DNA from: the human T2T-CHM13v2.0 reference genome, Homo sapiens
Assembly (NCBI RefSeq): GCF_009914755.1
Contig: NC_060939.1
DNA: 64,000 bases
Reading direction: 5' to 3' (one strand)
Shown here: piece by piece, positions 19,111 through 39,809 of the stretch
How positions within the stretch are numbered: the first letter of the stretch is position 1
How the letters are laid out: every line of letters begins with the position of its first letter
Translations under genes and position numbers: made by a program
The notes under the pieces: model-generated
What the model was told of the DNA's origin: nothing
The model's database searches: none
Seen by the model: the letters and a program-made list of their open reading frames with translations, nothing else

Positions 19111-20637
19111 GTCCCTCTCCCTCTCCCTCTCCCCACGGTCTCCCTCTCCCTCTCTTTCCACGGTCTCCCTCTGATGCCGAGCCGAAGCTGGACTGTACTG
19201 CTGCCATCTCGGCTCACTGCAACCTCCCTGCCTGATTCTCCTGCCTCAGCCTGCCGAGTGCCTGTGATTGCAGGCGCGCGCCGCCACGCCTGACTGGTTT
19301 TCACATTTGTTTGGTGGAGACGAAGTTTCGCTGTGTTGGCCGGGCCGGTCTCCAGCTCCTAACCGCGAGTGATCCGCCAGCCTCGGCCTCCCGAGGTGCC
19401 GGGATTGCAGACGGAGTCTGGTTCACTCAGTGCTCAATGGTGCCCAGGCTGGAGTGCAGTGGCGGGATCTCGACTCGCTACAACCTCCACCTCCCAGCCG
19501 CCTGCCTTGGCCTCCCAAAGTGCCGAGATTGCAGCCTCTGCCTGGCCGCCACCCTGTCTGGGAAGTGAGGAGCGTCTCTGCCTGGCCGCCCATCGTCTGG
19601 GATGTGAGGAGCCCCTCTGCCTGGCTGCCCAGTCTGGAAAGTGAGGAGCGTCTCTGCCCGCCCGCCATCCCATCTAGGAAGTGAGGAGCGCCTCTTTCCG
19701 GCCGCCATCCCATCTAGGAAGTGAGGAGCGTCTCTGCCCGGCCGCCCATCGTCTGAGATGTGGGGAGCGCCTCTGCCCCGCCGCCCCATCTGGGATGTGA
19801 GGAGCGCCTCTGCCCTGCCGTGACCCCGTCTGGGAGGTGAGGAGCGTCTCTGCCCGGCCGCCCCGTCTGAGAAGTGAGGAGACCCTCCGCCTGGCAGCCG
19901 CCCCGTCTGGGAAGTGAGGAGCGTCCCCGCCTGGCAGCCACCCTGTCCGGGAGGGAGGTGGGGGGTCAGCCCCCCGCCCGGCCAGCCGCCCCGTCCGGGA
20001 GGGAGGTGGGGAGTCAGCCCCCCGCCCGGCCAGCCGCCTCGTCTGGGAGGGAGGTGAGGGGCGCCTCTGCCTGGCCGCCCCTACTGGGAAGTGAGGAGCC
20101 CCTCTGCCCGGCCACCACCCCGTCTGGAACGTGTACCCAACAGCTCATTGAGAACGGGCCATGATGACAATGGCGGTTTTGTGGAATAGAAAGGGGGGAA
20201 AGGTGGGGAAAAGATTGAGAAATCGGATGGTTGCTGTGTCTGTGTAGAAAGAAGCAGACATGGGAGACTTTTCATTTTGTTCTGTACCAAGAAAAATTCT
20301 TCTGCCTTGGGATCCTGTTGATCTATGACCTTACCCCCAACCCTGTGCTCTCTCAAACATGTGCTGTGTCCACTCACGGTTAAATGGATTAAGGGCGGTG
20401 CAAGATGTGCTTTGTTAAACAGATGCTTGAAGGCAGCATGCTCGTTAAGAGTCATCACCACTCCCTAATCTCAAGTACCCAGGGACACAAACACTGCGGA
20501 AGGCCGCAGGTTCCTCTGCCTAGGAAAACCAGAGACCTTTGTTCACTTGTTTATCTGCTGACCTTCCATCCACTATTGTCCTATGACCCTGCCAAATCCC
20601 CCTCTGCGAGAAACACCCAAGAATGATCAATAAAAAA
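19111..20637 (+). mobile_element. Full-length SVA retrotransposon (SVA_C/D-like), ~1.5 kb
   Basis: CCCTCT hexamers, Alu-like region (~19130-19540), GC-rich VNTR (~19540-20130), SINE-R (~20130-20630), AATAAA and short poly(A); 15-bp TSD AAAAGAGTGAAATTC at 19096-19110 and 20638-20652. Confidence 0.95.
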
Positions 20638-20848
20638 AAAAGAGTGAAATTCTTTTACATTTTTCCAAATCCATTTAATGTTTGCATTAAACGGAAGATA
20701 GCTGCTTTCTTTTATCTGCTTATATAGTCCACTTATTTTGACATAGTTTGCATATATGAAGAAAATATGACCTCACATACATGTATAGATGGAAAAGGGA
20801 AGAGTATGTCATTAGACTTTTCAGATAATTCTGGATGTGCTTCTTTGA

Positions 20849-23955
<3,107 letters not shown>

Positions 23956-24097
23956 ACATATACACATATATATATAGAAAGAGATATATTATACATATGT
24001 ATATTATAGATCTCTATCCATATATCTATAATATAGATGATAGGATAGATGGATGGATGGATGGATGGGTAGATAGGTAGGTAGATAGATACAGATA
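23956..24097. repeat. Compound (TA)/(GATA)/(GGAT) microsatellite grown from an Alu tail
   Basis: ATATATATAG..., GATGGATGGATGGATGG, AGATAGGTAGGTAGATAGATA. Confidence 0.85.
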
Positions 24098-25369
24098 TCC
24101 ACCAGCCACAGCCTCTCAAAGTGCTGGGATTACAGATCCCACCACACCCATCCCACATTCTGTAATTTAATCTACACAAATCCCCCTGAGGAAGATACTA
24201 GTATCTAGGGCAGGACTAGGGTGAGAGAAGAGGCCCAGGGTACAAAATTGAGGAGTTACATACACAGAGAGAGAGAAAGATATACAAATTAAGGAGGCAC
24301 TCCCTCTCAGAGCCATGCTGAGGAAAATGAGCCTCCAGAAGGGTAACTTGGCAACAAAGTGGTTAGCAACAGACATGGGGTCCACCCTGGGGTCGGCCTG
24401 TGGTAGCCAAAGTGAATGCGATGAAGTGGAGGGGACCACAGGCTTCCTTCCTATGGGTTCTCATCCTGTCACCCCATCCAGATGGTGCAAGCCTCTGAGA
24501 CTGCCCAGCCTGTTCTAGAAAGTTCCCAACTCTGATTTTCCTAACTTTGATTCAAGACTCTGACATACTAAAATCTAACTTCCCCTTCACAGTAATGCCC
24601 TGCGGAGACAGCCACACTTTAAACTTCATGAAAGTCTTACAGTAAGGGCCTCTTAAGATTTTCTCAGAGAGCCCACTTCTGACAATTTATTAAGAAAAAG
24701 CCTCTTAGGACAAAAACGGGAAGTTACAATCTTTCACCGAGAAGCTAAACCTTTGGCCTCATACCATGGAGGATGCTTTTGGAGGCCATCACCATCACTA
24801 GGATGAGTCTTTATACCGGCATTTGGGATTGTCTCTTCACCTAAAGGGTAAAATGGCTCTGCGAATAAGTAAAGCTGCCCCACAATGTAGCTTCTCCCTC
24901 TCCTGAAGATGGAAAGATGAGCTGAGTGAGCTATAGAACAGAGCATTTAGTTCAGAGTGAAAGCCAGCACATTAGAATTCGGGGGGCCTTCCTCTGGGAA
25001 TCCCTGAGGCATTTTTGTAAATAACCAACTCAAGGGCAGGAAAGCCCTTAGGAAAGAACAATTAAAGTCTGTTGGGATAACCGTTCTCAGAGCCCCAAGG
25101 CAGACTCTAGCAGAAAGCCTCCCCTCAACGCCTGCCCCAAGGAAAGGAAGCTGAGCAGAGAAATGAGTTACCAAGAAATAACGAGCAAATAAAAAGATGC
25201 TCTTTACTCAGGAGGCTGAGGTGGGAGGATCACTTGAGCCTAGGCGTTCGAGGCCAGCCTGAGCAATATAGCAAGACCCTGTCTCTACCACAAAAAAAAA
25301 AGTATAAATGTATAAAATGATCTTTGTGTTCTTTTCCAACTTTGAGAAATAATGGTTTCTCTGGAAACA

Positions 25370-25765
25370 TGCTATGGACTTAATTATGTCCTCCCAAATT
25401 CCTGTGTTAAAATGCGTAATTCTCAGGGTGACTACTTTAGTATGAGACAAGGTTAAATGAGTTCCTCAGGGTGGCGGCCTGATATGATAGGATTAGAGTT
25501 CTTATAAGAAGAGACACAGGGAACACTCTGGTTTGCACAGAAAATCCTCTCCCCGCTTTTTTTCTCCTCCACTCCCTCCCTCTGCCAAAGGATACAGCAA
25601 GGTGGTGGCTGTCCACAAGCCTGGAAAGAGAGCGCTCATATTAGTTGACTACACTGGCACTCTTATCCCAGACTTCAAGCCTCCAGAATCGTGAAAACAT
25701 AAATTTCTATTTTAAGCCACGCCAAGTCTGTGGTATTTTGCAATGGCAGACCACGATGATGAAAA
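25370..25765 (+). mobile_element. MLT1 (ERVL-MaLR) LTR
   Basis: TGCTATGGACT...CTTATAAGAAGAGACA...GCCTCCAGAA...ATAAATTTCT...GTCTGTGGTATTTTG. Confidence 0.7.
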
Positions 25766-25966
25766 CCTAACACTGGAGCAATCTTTAATGTCCACACTTA
25801 GTATTCAGTTGGCTTCCAAAGACCAACCATTATTTACGCTATACTGACTAACCTTACCTCCATATCCCTTTAATCCTCACCACATAAATCCTCCCCTCAC
25901 CCCAGTGGGTGATAATTTTTGCTATTTTACAGCTAAAATTCAAGTAATGGACTATTTGGATGATAG

Positions 25967-26658
25967 TGTGCCCGGAATTGGTTCCTTCCGATATTCTTGG
26001 TCTCGCTGACTTTAACAATGAAGCCTCAGACCACCGCGGTGAGTGTTACAGTTCTTAAAGATGGTGTGTCCGGAGTTTGTTGCTTCAGATGTTCAGATGT
26101 GTCTGAAATTTCTTCCTTCTGGTGGTTTCATGGTCTCGCTGACTTCAGGAGTGAAGCCACAGACCTTCCGAGTGAGTGTTACACCTTTTAAAAGTAGCGT
26201 GTCGACAATTGTTTGTTTCTCCTGGGAGGTTCATGGCCTGGTGGCTTCAAGAGTGAAGCTGCACACCTTTGCCGTGAGTGTTGCAGCTCATAAACATAGT
26301 GCAGACCCAAAAAGTAAACAGCAACAAACTCTATCGTAAGCACTTACAACAGAAAGAAACCCCAATCAGTTGCTGCAGCTAGGTTGCGTGGCCTGCTTTT
26401 ATTCCCTTATTTGGCCCCACCCACATCCTGCTGATTGGTCCACTTTACAGAGAGCTGATTGGTCCGTTTTACAGAGTGCTGATTGGTCCGTTTTTACCAA
26501 GTGCTGATTGGTCCGTTTTTACCAAGTGCTGATTGGTGCGTTTACAGACCTTTAGCTAGACACAGAGCACTGATTGGCGCATTTACAATCCTTTAGCTAG
26601 ACAGAAAAGTTCTCCAAGTCCCCACCCGACCCAAAAGCCCAGCCGGCTTCACCTCTCA
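25967..26658 (-). mobile_element. LTR12 (ERV9) solo LTR, 692 bp
   Basis: Minus strand starts TGAGAGGTGAAGCCGGCTGGGC and ends CCGGGCACA; tandem CCAATCAGC repeats; 4-bp TSD ATAG at 25963-25966 and 26659-26662. Confidence 0.92.
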
Positions 26659-26719
26659 ATAGAATCAAAAGCAGTAAAGTTCAGAGCTGGGTGGTCATAT
26701 ATGAATCACTTAACCTTTC

Positions 26720-29600
<2,881 letters not shown>

Positions 29601-31045
29601 ATCAGACTAGTTAATAGTAACTTATATATGCTGTGAAGTTTGGTTCCATCTTCGAAACTTTCCACCTCTTGCCTCATATTCAAACTGTCACCATCTCCTG
29701 TTAGATTTTTACTGCCAAACTACTCTGAGAAACCAACCACTCTGCTGCTTCTCCATTGCTACTACCCCAGCCAGGTCGCCTTCATGTCTCACCTCTGTTA
29801 CCAAAAGGAGCTCCTAACTGCCCTCCTGTCCTCTCCTCCTTCCCCATAAAAGCTGTTCACCACGCTACAATCAGGAAGATGGTTTCAGCACACGTGATGC
29901 CATCCCCACTCTCTCCTTGCTGAAAATCTTTGCTCTTAGGCTAAAACTCAAAACCCCCGCCTTGCCCCCTGCCTGCCTATACAATCCCCCTTGACCTCTC
30001 CTCCCCATCTGTCTGTCTCTGCCTGCAGCCACAGTCACCTCCCAGCTCCCTGACTTCTCCCTGTCACCTATCCGATGATCACAGTTCAAATGGCACTTCT
30101 ATAGGGAAGTTTCCCTTGAGGACCCCCAATCTGGGGCAGGTCTGTTTTAAATTTTCATTAACCATGTTTCTGTCCTTAAGAGCAATTAATCTTCATTTAT
30201 AATTACATATACGTGAATGTGATGATTTGATTAAAAAAAATTCATTTTCTCCACTGGCCTCTAGGCTCTCTGAGCCTTACCCAAAGCCTGGCACATAAAC
30301 AGTTTCTTGCAGAATGTTTATAGAATGATTTTCAGAAACGTAGAAATTGACTAACACAGAAAATTGAGAATCAGTTTAAAAAAAAAAAAAAAGTCACCAT
30401 GAAGGAGGTATTCCCCAAATTTTGAGACAAGGTTACTAATAAAGCTCAGTACATAATGGATGAGATTATTTCTGCACAGAATCCAGAAAGGAAAGTCCTA
30501 ACAAGTTATCAAAAAGACAGGGGAAGGGCAGAGCAGACTTTGGAACCTGGGATGTGCGGCCAAAAGTCAGAGAGGTAGGGAGAGAAGGGCAGGGAGCTGT
30601 GAGGTCCTGGAGAACACTGGATCAAATGCTGTCACTGGGTACTGGTTTGTAACACAATCTGTCAGAGACGTTAATGGATGGGCATGATTAACAGGAACCC
30701 AGGATGGGACAGGTCCCATCAAGCAACCATAAAAGATGACTTGTAATTGTATCAGAGATGGAGAGTTGGGAGTAAGTAGAGCAGGACCTGACAATCAGCA
30801 CTGGAGTCCGTCTGATAAAAGGCTACAGTGTCTACAAGAAGGGAAGCCTGAGTGTCAGAAGTTTCCACTCCTTGTTGATTGGATGGCAGACTGGGGCCCA
30901 GCTGATTTGCAGCCAGCTGATGACCTGTCCATGGAGATTGTACACATCCCTGTACTCTGGTTTCAGGTTCCTCAGCAGCCTTTGCTCATAGGCTGGCTTA
31001 ACTATGATCCTGCTGTGGGAAGATAAAAAAACTGACCGAAGGAGA

Positions 31046-31485
31046 TAGGCTGAGTAATGGCTCCCTCAAGATGTCCATATTTCATCCCTGGAACCTGTGA
31101 ATACATTTCTTTATGTGGCAAAAGGGACTTTGTGGCTGTGATTAAACTAAGAACCTTGAAATGAGGAGATTCTCCGGGATCGTCCAGATGCATCAAATGT
31201 AACAAGAAGGAGTCAGAGTCAGGCTAGAAGCCGCTATGCTGCTGGCTTTGAAGGCAGATGAAGGGGCCAAGGAATTAGGGTGGTCTCTAGAATCTGGAAA
31301 AGGCAATGAAATTGATTCTCCCCTAGAGCTTTCAGAAGGAATGCAGCCTTGCCCACACCTTCATTTTAGACCAGTGAAACTGATTTCAGACTTCTGACTG
31401 CCAGAACTGTAAGATAATAAATGTATATTGTTTGAAGCTACTAGGTTTGTGGTCATTTGTTACATCAGCAACAGAAAACTAATAC
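31046..31485 (+). mobile_element. MLT1C/D-like (ERVL-MaLR) LTR
   Basis: GGAACCTGTGAATA...GGCAAAAGGGACTTTG...CCAGAACTGTAAGATAATAAAT...GAAAACTAATACA. Confidence 0.75.
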
Positions 31486-34400
31486 ACTAACAAACATAAA
31501 TATCTGATCAACAGATCAGTACCCAGATCATTCATGAGTCTCTGGAGAGTCTGGTGGCTGTCATTCAGTGCCCCAGGCCAGATTACTGCTAGGGGGTTGC
31601 CAAATCAAGTTTCTGGATCTGCTAAGCTGAGTCCCCATGTGGCTGACCTCAACCTCTCTAAGGTCCTTCCACCCTGGGAAGCCTGGCCTGGCCTGAGGAA
31701 CTGCTGGCTCTTCCTCATGAAAACCACACCGACTGGTCACTGATCACTCATGATGTGTGGGCTGTTAGGTGAGCTCTTGGGAATATAGCATAGACTTTGG
31801 TACCAGGGAGGCCTGGTTCACATCCCCTCTCTACGAGCCGTGTGATCATAAATGAGTTATTTAACTTCCTTCAACCTGTGAAATGGAGGTGACATCTCTA
31901 GTGTATAGTTCTGTAAGGATTGATAGAGACAATATGTACCTAATCCCAAACACAGGGTCAGGACTACAGTAGTCTTCCAATCAAGCTTGCCCCTTCCTGC
32001 GCACACCCATGAGTCTCACTGTGCTCATCTCTTTGTATACTGGACACTTCAGCTACTTCCTCTTCCGTGTTATAAGCCCCATGGCGGCCCTGTGTTCTGT
32101 TAGTCCCCTGGCTACAAGTCAGTGACTTTACCCATCATATTCCTAGTGGCCTGCTGTCTTAGTTGGGGTCTCCCCACAAGTAGAACCTGAGACAAGGATT
32201 CCAGCTCAGGTAGTTTGTGGGAGATGATCCTAGGAAACACCACTGAAGATGTGAGACAGGGAAAGGAAGGAGACAATGAAGGATGCGAGATCATGCAAGT
32301 TACCCATGTGGCTGAAGCTTGATCCCCTCAGGGAACTCAGAGACAGTTATCCCAGAAGGACAAGAGTGCTGAGGCATTTTACACCTACTCCCACCAGTCT
32401 TTATTTTTTTGAAGGGGGCAGCAATTACTCCCCAACACTTCCTGCCTGCTGCACTCATGGGCAAGACAGCCTCCAGCACCAGAGTCCTCAGGCAGGCACT
32501 GGCAGCTGGAAGGGCTGACATGGGGAAGTGGGAGGGACAGCTGCCACATCTGAGGAGTGTCACTTTGGCTACCTGCCTCCCTGGTCACAGCTTCCCTCTG
32601 GCCTTGCCTATTCCTTGACCAGTCATGAGCTCAACATACCTATTGCATTGTTCTGACCTAACTGCATCCTAGTGTCAAGCTCCTCCAATTTGCAAACAGA
32701 TAAATGAATTTTTAAAAAGATTTTATCATATATATTTAAGGCATATAACATGATGCTTTGATATACACATAGATAATGAAATGGTTTGTGACGAGAAGGG
32801 AGACCATTTCCTCAGCAAACTAACAGCTGCTCTCTCTGGTCTATGCCTTCTACTCTATCTTTAAACATCCTGCATCACTATCTCCATTTTGCAACTGTTA
32901 AAGCTCCAGTCTGCATATGTCAAAGGCTGATCAGGTTCAAGAAAAATTTTTCATCACCATTAAAACCTCTAATTCTTTCTCCCAGCTAACCACATAAAAG
33001 TTACAACCACCTCTGGGTTATCATTATGGTCTTGTTATTATTACCTGAGAATGTTTGAAAACATCCCACAGAGAAATCTAACTAAAAGAGTCTAGAAAAC
33101 AAGAGGGTCACCGTATCAAACACTTGTTTATCACAGGCGGGGTGAAACGCTGGGAGAGGAGGTTATTAGATGTACCCAGCCCTGAAGATCCAACTCTGAC
33201 ACCCTAGATGCTGTTCATTAGTAAGAAATAGTTATGGAGGGCCTACTAGATGCAGAGTGCTTGTGTTGAGTTCCATCAAGAACAGAGAGAGGCTTGAGAA
33301 ACTTCCAGAAATAACTTCTCTTTCCAAAAACAATGCTGAGCCTGTTCCAACTTCCACTATTAGGAAAGTTTTTTTTCTTTCTTTCTTTCTTTTTGGTCTT
33401 ATCCAGTATCATCTTCTATAGTGAACCTCTTGCTGGGAGGTTTAGAATTTTTGTACCATGTGGCTGAAAGGGACCTCAGAGTGCATGCTGGTTTACAGAT
33501 ACAGATTCTGAGATTCAGAAGGAAAATAATTAGCCTGAAGTGAGCCCACCTCATTGGTGGTAGAGCAGGGCCTGAAATCCTTGCCTCTTGTCCCTAGTGC
33601 TCGCCTGCTTTATCCTTTAAACTGTTACTAGGTCGGGCGCGGTGGCTCACGCCTGTAATCCCAGCACTTTTGGAGGCCAAGGCAGGTGGATCACGAGGTC
33701 AGGAGTTCAAGACCAGCCTGGCCAAGGTGGTGAAACCCTGTCTTTATTAAAAATACAAAAATTAGCGGGGCGGGTTGGTGGGTGCCTGTAATCCCAGCTA
33801 CTCAGGAGGCTGAGGCAGAGAATTGCTTGAACCTGGGAGGTGGAGGTTGCAGTGAGCCGAGATTGTTTCACTGCACTCCAGCCTGGGTGACACAGCAAGA
33901 TTTCATCTCAAAACAAAAAGAAAAAAAAAAGAAGGTATATAAGGCAGCCAGCACATAGCAGTGACATAGCAGTCTAATAATAATAGTGAGCTGTCACCAT
34001 TTGTCTCCCTATTGGTATGACATGGCTTAGTCCAACTTAAGGTCCACTCCTGACTTGAATTCCATTTTCCAGACCCCTGATAGGGTTGGTTCTCTCCAGC
34101 TAAAACTCAAGATCTACAAATGAAAACCATCAGAGAATTCAACTTAGCAGACTGCTAAAGCTACTCTCTAAATCAGTAATCATAACCAATTGATTTCACC
34201 ATTTTTCTATAAAAAGTGCAGTTTTACACTCATTCATATAAAGTTTTCAATACATGTTTGTTGAAACTTTTCCTGTGACTGGCATTGGTCTAACCCTGGA
34301 GGAAACTAAGTCTCTAATCTGAGGGAACTCACAAATCATTGGCAGAGAAATCTCAAAAGAACAAACCCAAAAAGTCTAGTACAATTGTAACATGGGGCTA

Positions 34401-35615
34401 AGTGTGACAATAGAGGAATGCAGGGCACAAAGAGGGAGGAAGACAGTGTTTTCCAGGTGGACGCTGGGGGAAAAAACGTTCCAGGAAGAAAGAAAAGCCC
34501 GTCCAATGGCCTGGAGACATTAAACAGCCATCTATTTTAATAGAACTGAGATCGAATCACAGGTGGGATAGAGATGGAGTAGGAGGGAGGAGCCTGATTC
34601 TGAGAAGCCTTTTGTATCAGGCACGTTCTTAGCTGTAAATTCAAAGACCACTCTGGCCAGTTAAATAGAAAATGAATTTATTAAAACATATGGGGTGGGA
34701 TGGCTACATATTTTATCTCCTCATTTGAGAGGGAAAGTGGAGTTATTTCTAATTATGCCAGGATTGCAAGTGTAAAGGACACACGAATGGAGTCTTTTAA
34801 GATTCGGGTGCTCCTAGAAGTTGGGCTGTTGACAGCGGCCTTGCGCCTGATACAGTGGTGGGTACAGTGGGGCAGCCCTGCCACACTGTGAGAACCCCTG
34901 CCACTTACTGCCCAGAGAGCTGCATGTCTCATCCAACACCGTCAATGGCATTGCCAGCTTCTGAAAATGTGCACCTCTGACTGGTGAGGCCTGCTTCACA
35001 CACCTGCTGCCAAGCGAAGGGAGACAGACTAGGAAAGTAAATTCCTGATGGCACCACCTACCCGCTTCAGCCGGGACCTCCCTGCGGCTTTAAATGGCAC
35101 CCTGGTCAGCTCCTAGAGAGAGGCCATTGAACTGGACTTGGCAGGGGAAATAGTACCTGAAGCAACCAAATATTCACTTGAAATTACACTGTTTTGATAG
35201 CTTCATGTGACGGAAAAGGTGTTGGACCAGATGGAGTTATCACTAAAGTTCCCCTCTACCCTGGTGGGGAGGGATTTGGCCAAGCAAAGCAGGTAGCAAT
35301 TACTGGGAAAAACAAAACCTTCGTTGTTTATACTTCGGTGGATTGGGACCTCTCAAACAACCAGTTACAGTTGTTAACTGCCCTTTTGGGGGTATGAAAA
35401 ACCCAGACCTTCCAGGGTCAGAGGCCTGGCCTCCTCCTTGGCAGAAGAGGAAATGAAGTTCATTCCTTTGTGGTGAACCTGATTCTGAAAAAACAAAACC
35501 CATTTTTTTCTCAATAGGTTATCCTACCACATGTCCAACCATAGGAGTCTGGACTTTCTCTTATTGGTTAAGCTTTAAAGCATTTTGAACAGGAGTTAGA
35601 TATGGTTATATTTGA

Positions 35616-35960
<345 letters not shown>

Positions 35961-36920
35961 TAATTAAACTTTTCCATAAGTGTATTGCGAGTACATAGAA
36001 ACATAACTGATATTTTATGCTTATCATGTATCCTACGACTTTGCTGGACAAACATTCTAATTTTAGGAGGTGATGGGTTTTTGTTTTCCCTTTAAGATTT
36101 TTTTTTTTTTTTTTTTTTTGAGATGGAATCTTGCCCTATTGCCCAGGCTGGAGTGCAGTGGTGTGATCTTGACTCACTGAAACTTCTGCCTCCTGGGTTC
36201 AAGTGATTCTCGTGCCTCAGCCTCCTGAGTAGCTGGGACTACAGGCAGGCACCACCATGCCTAGCTAATTTTTGTATTTTTAGTAGAGACAGGGTTTCAT
36301 CATGTTGGCCAGGCTGGTCTCAAACTTCTGGCCTCAAGCAATCTGCCTGCCTCAGCCTCCCAAAGTGCTGGGATTAACAGGCATGAGCCACTGTGCCCAG
36401 CTCCTTTAAAATTGTTTACATAAGCAATCATGGCCTCTGCAAATAAGGACAATTTTATCTCTTTCTTTTTGATCTGTGTGCTTTTAATTGTCTTTCTTGC
36501 CTTATTGCACTCGATATAATTTCTAGCACCTTGTTGAATAAGAAAGATTAGAGTGGACATACTTGCTTCGTATGTCTTTCCCACTAAACATAATGTTAGC
36601 AATAGATTTTTTTGTAGATGTTCTTTATCAATTTGAAGAAGTTTTTCTCTATTCCTATTTTCCTAAGGGTTTTTTCGGTCATGAATGTGATTTGCCTAAT
36701 GATTGATATGTCTGCATCAATTGATATGATCATGTGATTTTTCTTTTTTAGCTTGTTAATGTGGTTAATAGTATACACTATACTGAGATATAGTAGGACA
36801 GGACTTGTGGCTAGAAGCAGCTGTAGCAGAGCATTCCTTCTTCTAAAGAAATAGCAGCAGAAGGAGATAAGGTACTGGATGGTCAGTCCTCAGCCTCATC
36901 TCTTACCTCACGCCCCTTAG

Positions 36921-37259
<339 letters not shown>

Positions 37260-37946
37260 TAATTCCTTGAATGAAACCGCCTCTTCCCACCACAAGGCCT
37301 TAGCATTTGCTAATTCCTTGCATGGAACACTTCCCTTCTCTTTCTGCCCATACTTAACCAAGGTAATTCCTGTTTATCCTTAAAGTCTTGGATGTAATTT
37401 CATTTCATTAGGAAAGTCTTCCTTCATCTCCCAGATCAGATAACATCTCACATTATAACCTCTCAACACAGTATGCACCTCTCCTTCACAGCACTCATTA
37501 CAACTAGGATTTTACATTTAATCTTGCCGTTCTGTTTATCATGACTCTATTACCGTATAGACTGCAAGTTCCAGGAGGGCTGGGACTATGTCTATTCTGA
37601 GTTGTTGGACAGAAGTTTCTATTGGTGTACCAGTGGTTTCTGTCTGAGTCCCACTCAGTATTTTGTTTTGTTTTCCTGAGACAGGGTCTCGCTCTGTCAC
37701 CCAGGCTGGAGTTCAGAGGCATGATCACAGCTCACTGCAGCCTCGACCTCCCAGGGTCAGCAGTCCTTCCACCTCAGCCTCCCAAGTAGCTGGTAGTCAC
37801 AGGCCACCATGCCCGGCTAATTTTTTAAAATTTTCTGTAGAGAACGGGTCTCACTATGTTGCCAGGGCTGGTCTCAAACTCCTGGGCTCAAGCAATCCTC
37901 CCACCTTGGCCTCCCAGATTGCTGGGTGTGAGCCACCGTGCCCAGC

Positions 37947-38338
37947 CTATAGTTTAACTTTAAAGCAAGGATGATTAGTCCCTCCCCAAAACTAACCCCC
38001 AAGGAGATAAGATGGGTATACACATAAGTAACAATGTTATGTTAAAAATTTGTAAGAGCACTGTGACCTGACAAAGACAAAGAAGCTTACCCTTGCTGCC
38101 ACCCAGATGTCTGTGGTCACTGGTCACCTTTTGACCTAAGCCTCTTCCCGTTTTCCCCCTCCCCTAACATAAAAGGAGCCCAACATTCACATTTACTTAA
38201 GATGCTTCTTTAGGACAGTAGTCTGCCATCTTGGTTTGCTGGCTCCACAGAATAAAGTCATCTTCCCTGCTCCAACGCCTGTCTCTTGACTGATTGGCTG
38301 TTGTGTGGTGAGCAGTACAAGCTTTGGACGCAGTTACA
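37947..38338 (+). mobile_element. ERV1-class LTR remnant (MER66-like), 3' portion
   Basis: CATAAAAG TATA-like box, AATAAA poly(A) signal and GATTGGCTG...CTTTGGACGCAGTTACA terminus typical of ERV1 LTRs; family uncertain. Confidence 0.5.
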
Positions 38339-38497
38339 GCAGTCCATCAAAACTGTAGCTCCAGCTTCAGAAGAGATGATATTAAAGTTCTCTCATGATC
38401 TTTTATTTCCCCAATTTCTGATAAGTGCATTTTCATATTTATATGGTTTTGCTTCATTTATTCCTATTTTGTTTTGTAATTCCTTTTTTGTTGTGTA

Positions 38498-38670
38498 GAT
38501 ATTATACATTTATTTATCTTTTATATATATTTTCAACAAATATATAAAATATATAAATACACAAATATATAAAAAATATTTTATATATACTTGTTTTATA
38601 TATTTCAATATATAAAAATATATATTTAAAAATATATATTTGTTTTAAAATATATATATTTGTTTTATTT
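38498..38670. repeat. AT-rich low-complexity tract
   Basis: TATATA/AAAT-rich run with very few G or C. Confidence 0.85.
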
Positions 38671-38816
38671 TCTATCACCCATCTTTTTCTTAGCCAGGGA
38701 AAGGCCTCTCTTTTTCCTCTTTTCCTGTATATCCTTCTACTGATTTTATTTTGTTTGGGGTGATTTCACAATTTGGTGGTTGATTTTATTATCAGTGTTT
38801 TTTAGAAAACTTTTAA

Positions 38817-39170
<354 letters not shown>

Positions 39171-39416
39171 TGATCCACCTGCCTCAGCCTCCAAAAGTGC
39201 TGGGATTACAGGAGTGAGCCACCGCACCTGGCCTGTTTACCTTTCTTCTATCTGGTCTCTGCGGCTCCCACCCCAAAGCCAGCTCAAATGCTGGGGCTCT
39301 GGGCTCCTGCCCTAGAGTTGTAGTAAAGATCCTGCCAACAAGTCTGCAGGCTGCTTGGTCAGGTTGCCTCCTGGGCACTCAGCTTGCTGGAGAACAATTT
39401 ATTTTCTGTTACCTTC

Positions 39417-39775
39417 TGAGAAAAGAAAATAACTTTTATGTGAAGAATGCAAGTCCTTTCAAATTATCAGGCCCAGGGAGACATTAAAATGAGATGGTGG
39501 CTGAGTATTGTGGCTCACACTTGTAATCCCAGCACTTTGGGAGGTCGAGGTGGGAGGATCACTTAAGCCCAGGTGTTTGAGATCAACCTGGGCAACATGG
39601 CGAAAGCCCATCTCTAAAAAAAATACAAAAATTAGCCAGGTGTGGTGGTGCATGCCTGTGGTCCTAGCTACTCAAGAGGCTAAGGTGGGAGGATCACCTG
39701 AGCCTGGGAGGTTGGGGCTGCAATGAGCCATGATCACGCCACTGCACTCCAGCCAGGGCAACAGAGTGAGACCTT

Positions 39776-39809
<34 letters not shown>

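Noticed and set aside
19016-20626. Dense overlapping repetitive ORFs and a regularly spaced repeat array superficially like CRISPR
   Set aside because: This is the SVA Alu-like/VNTR/SINE-R region: degenerate tandem units without unique spacers, and no cas genes
26430-26600. Repeated GCTGATTGGTCCGTTTTTAC units
   Set aside because: Normal internal CCAAT repeats of LTR12, not an independent array
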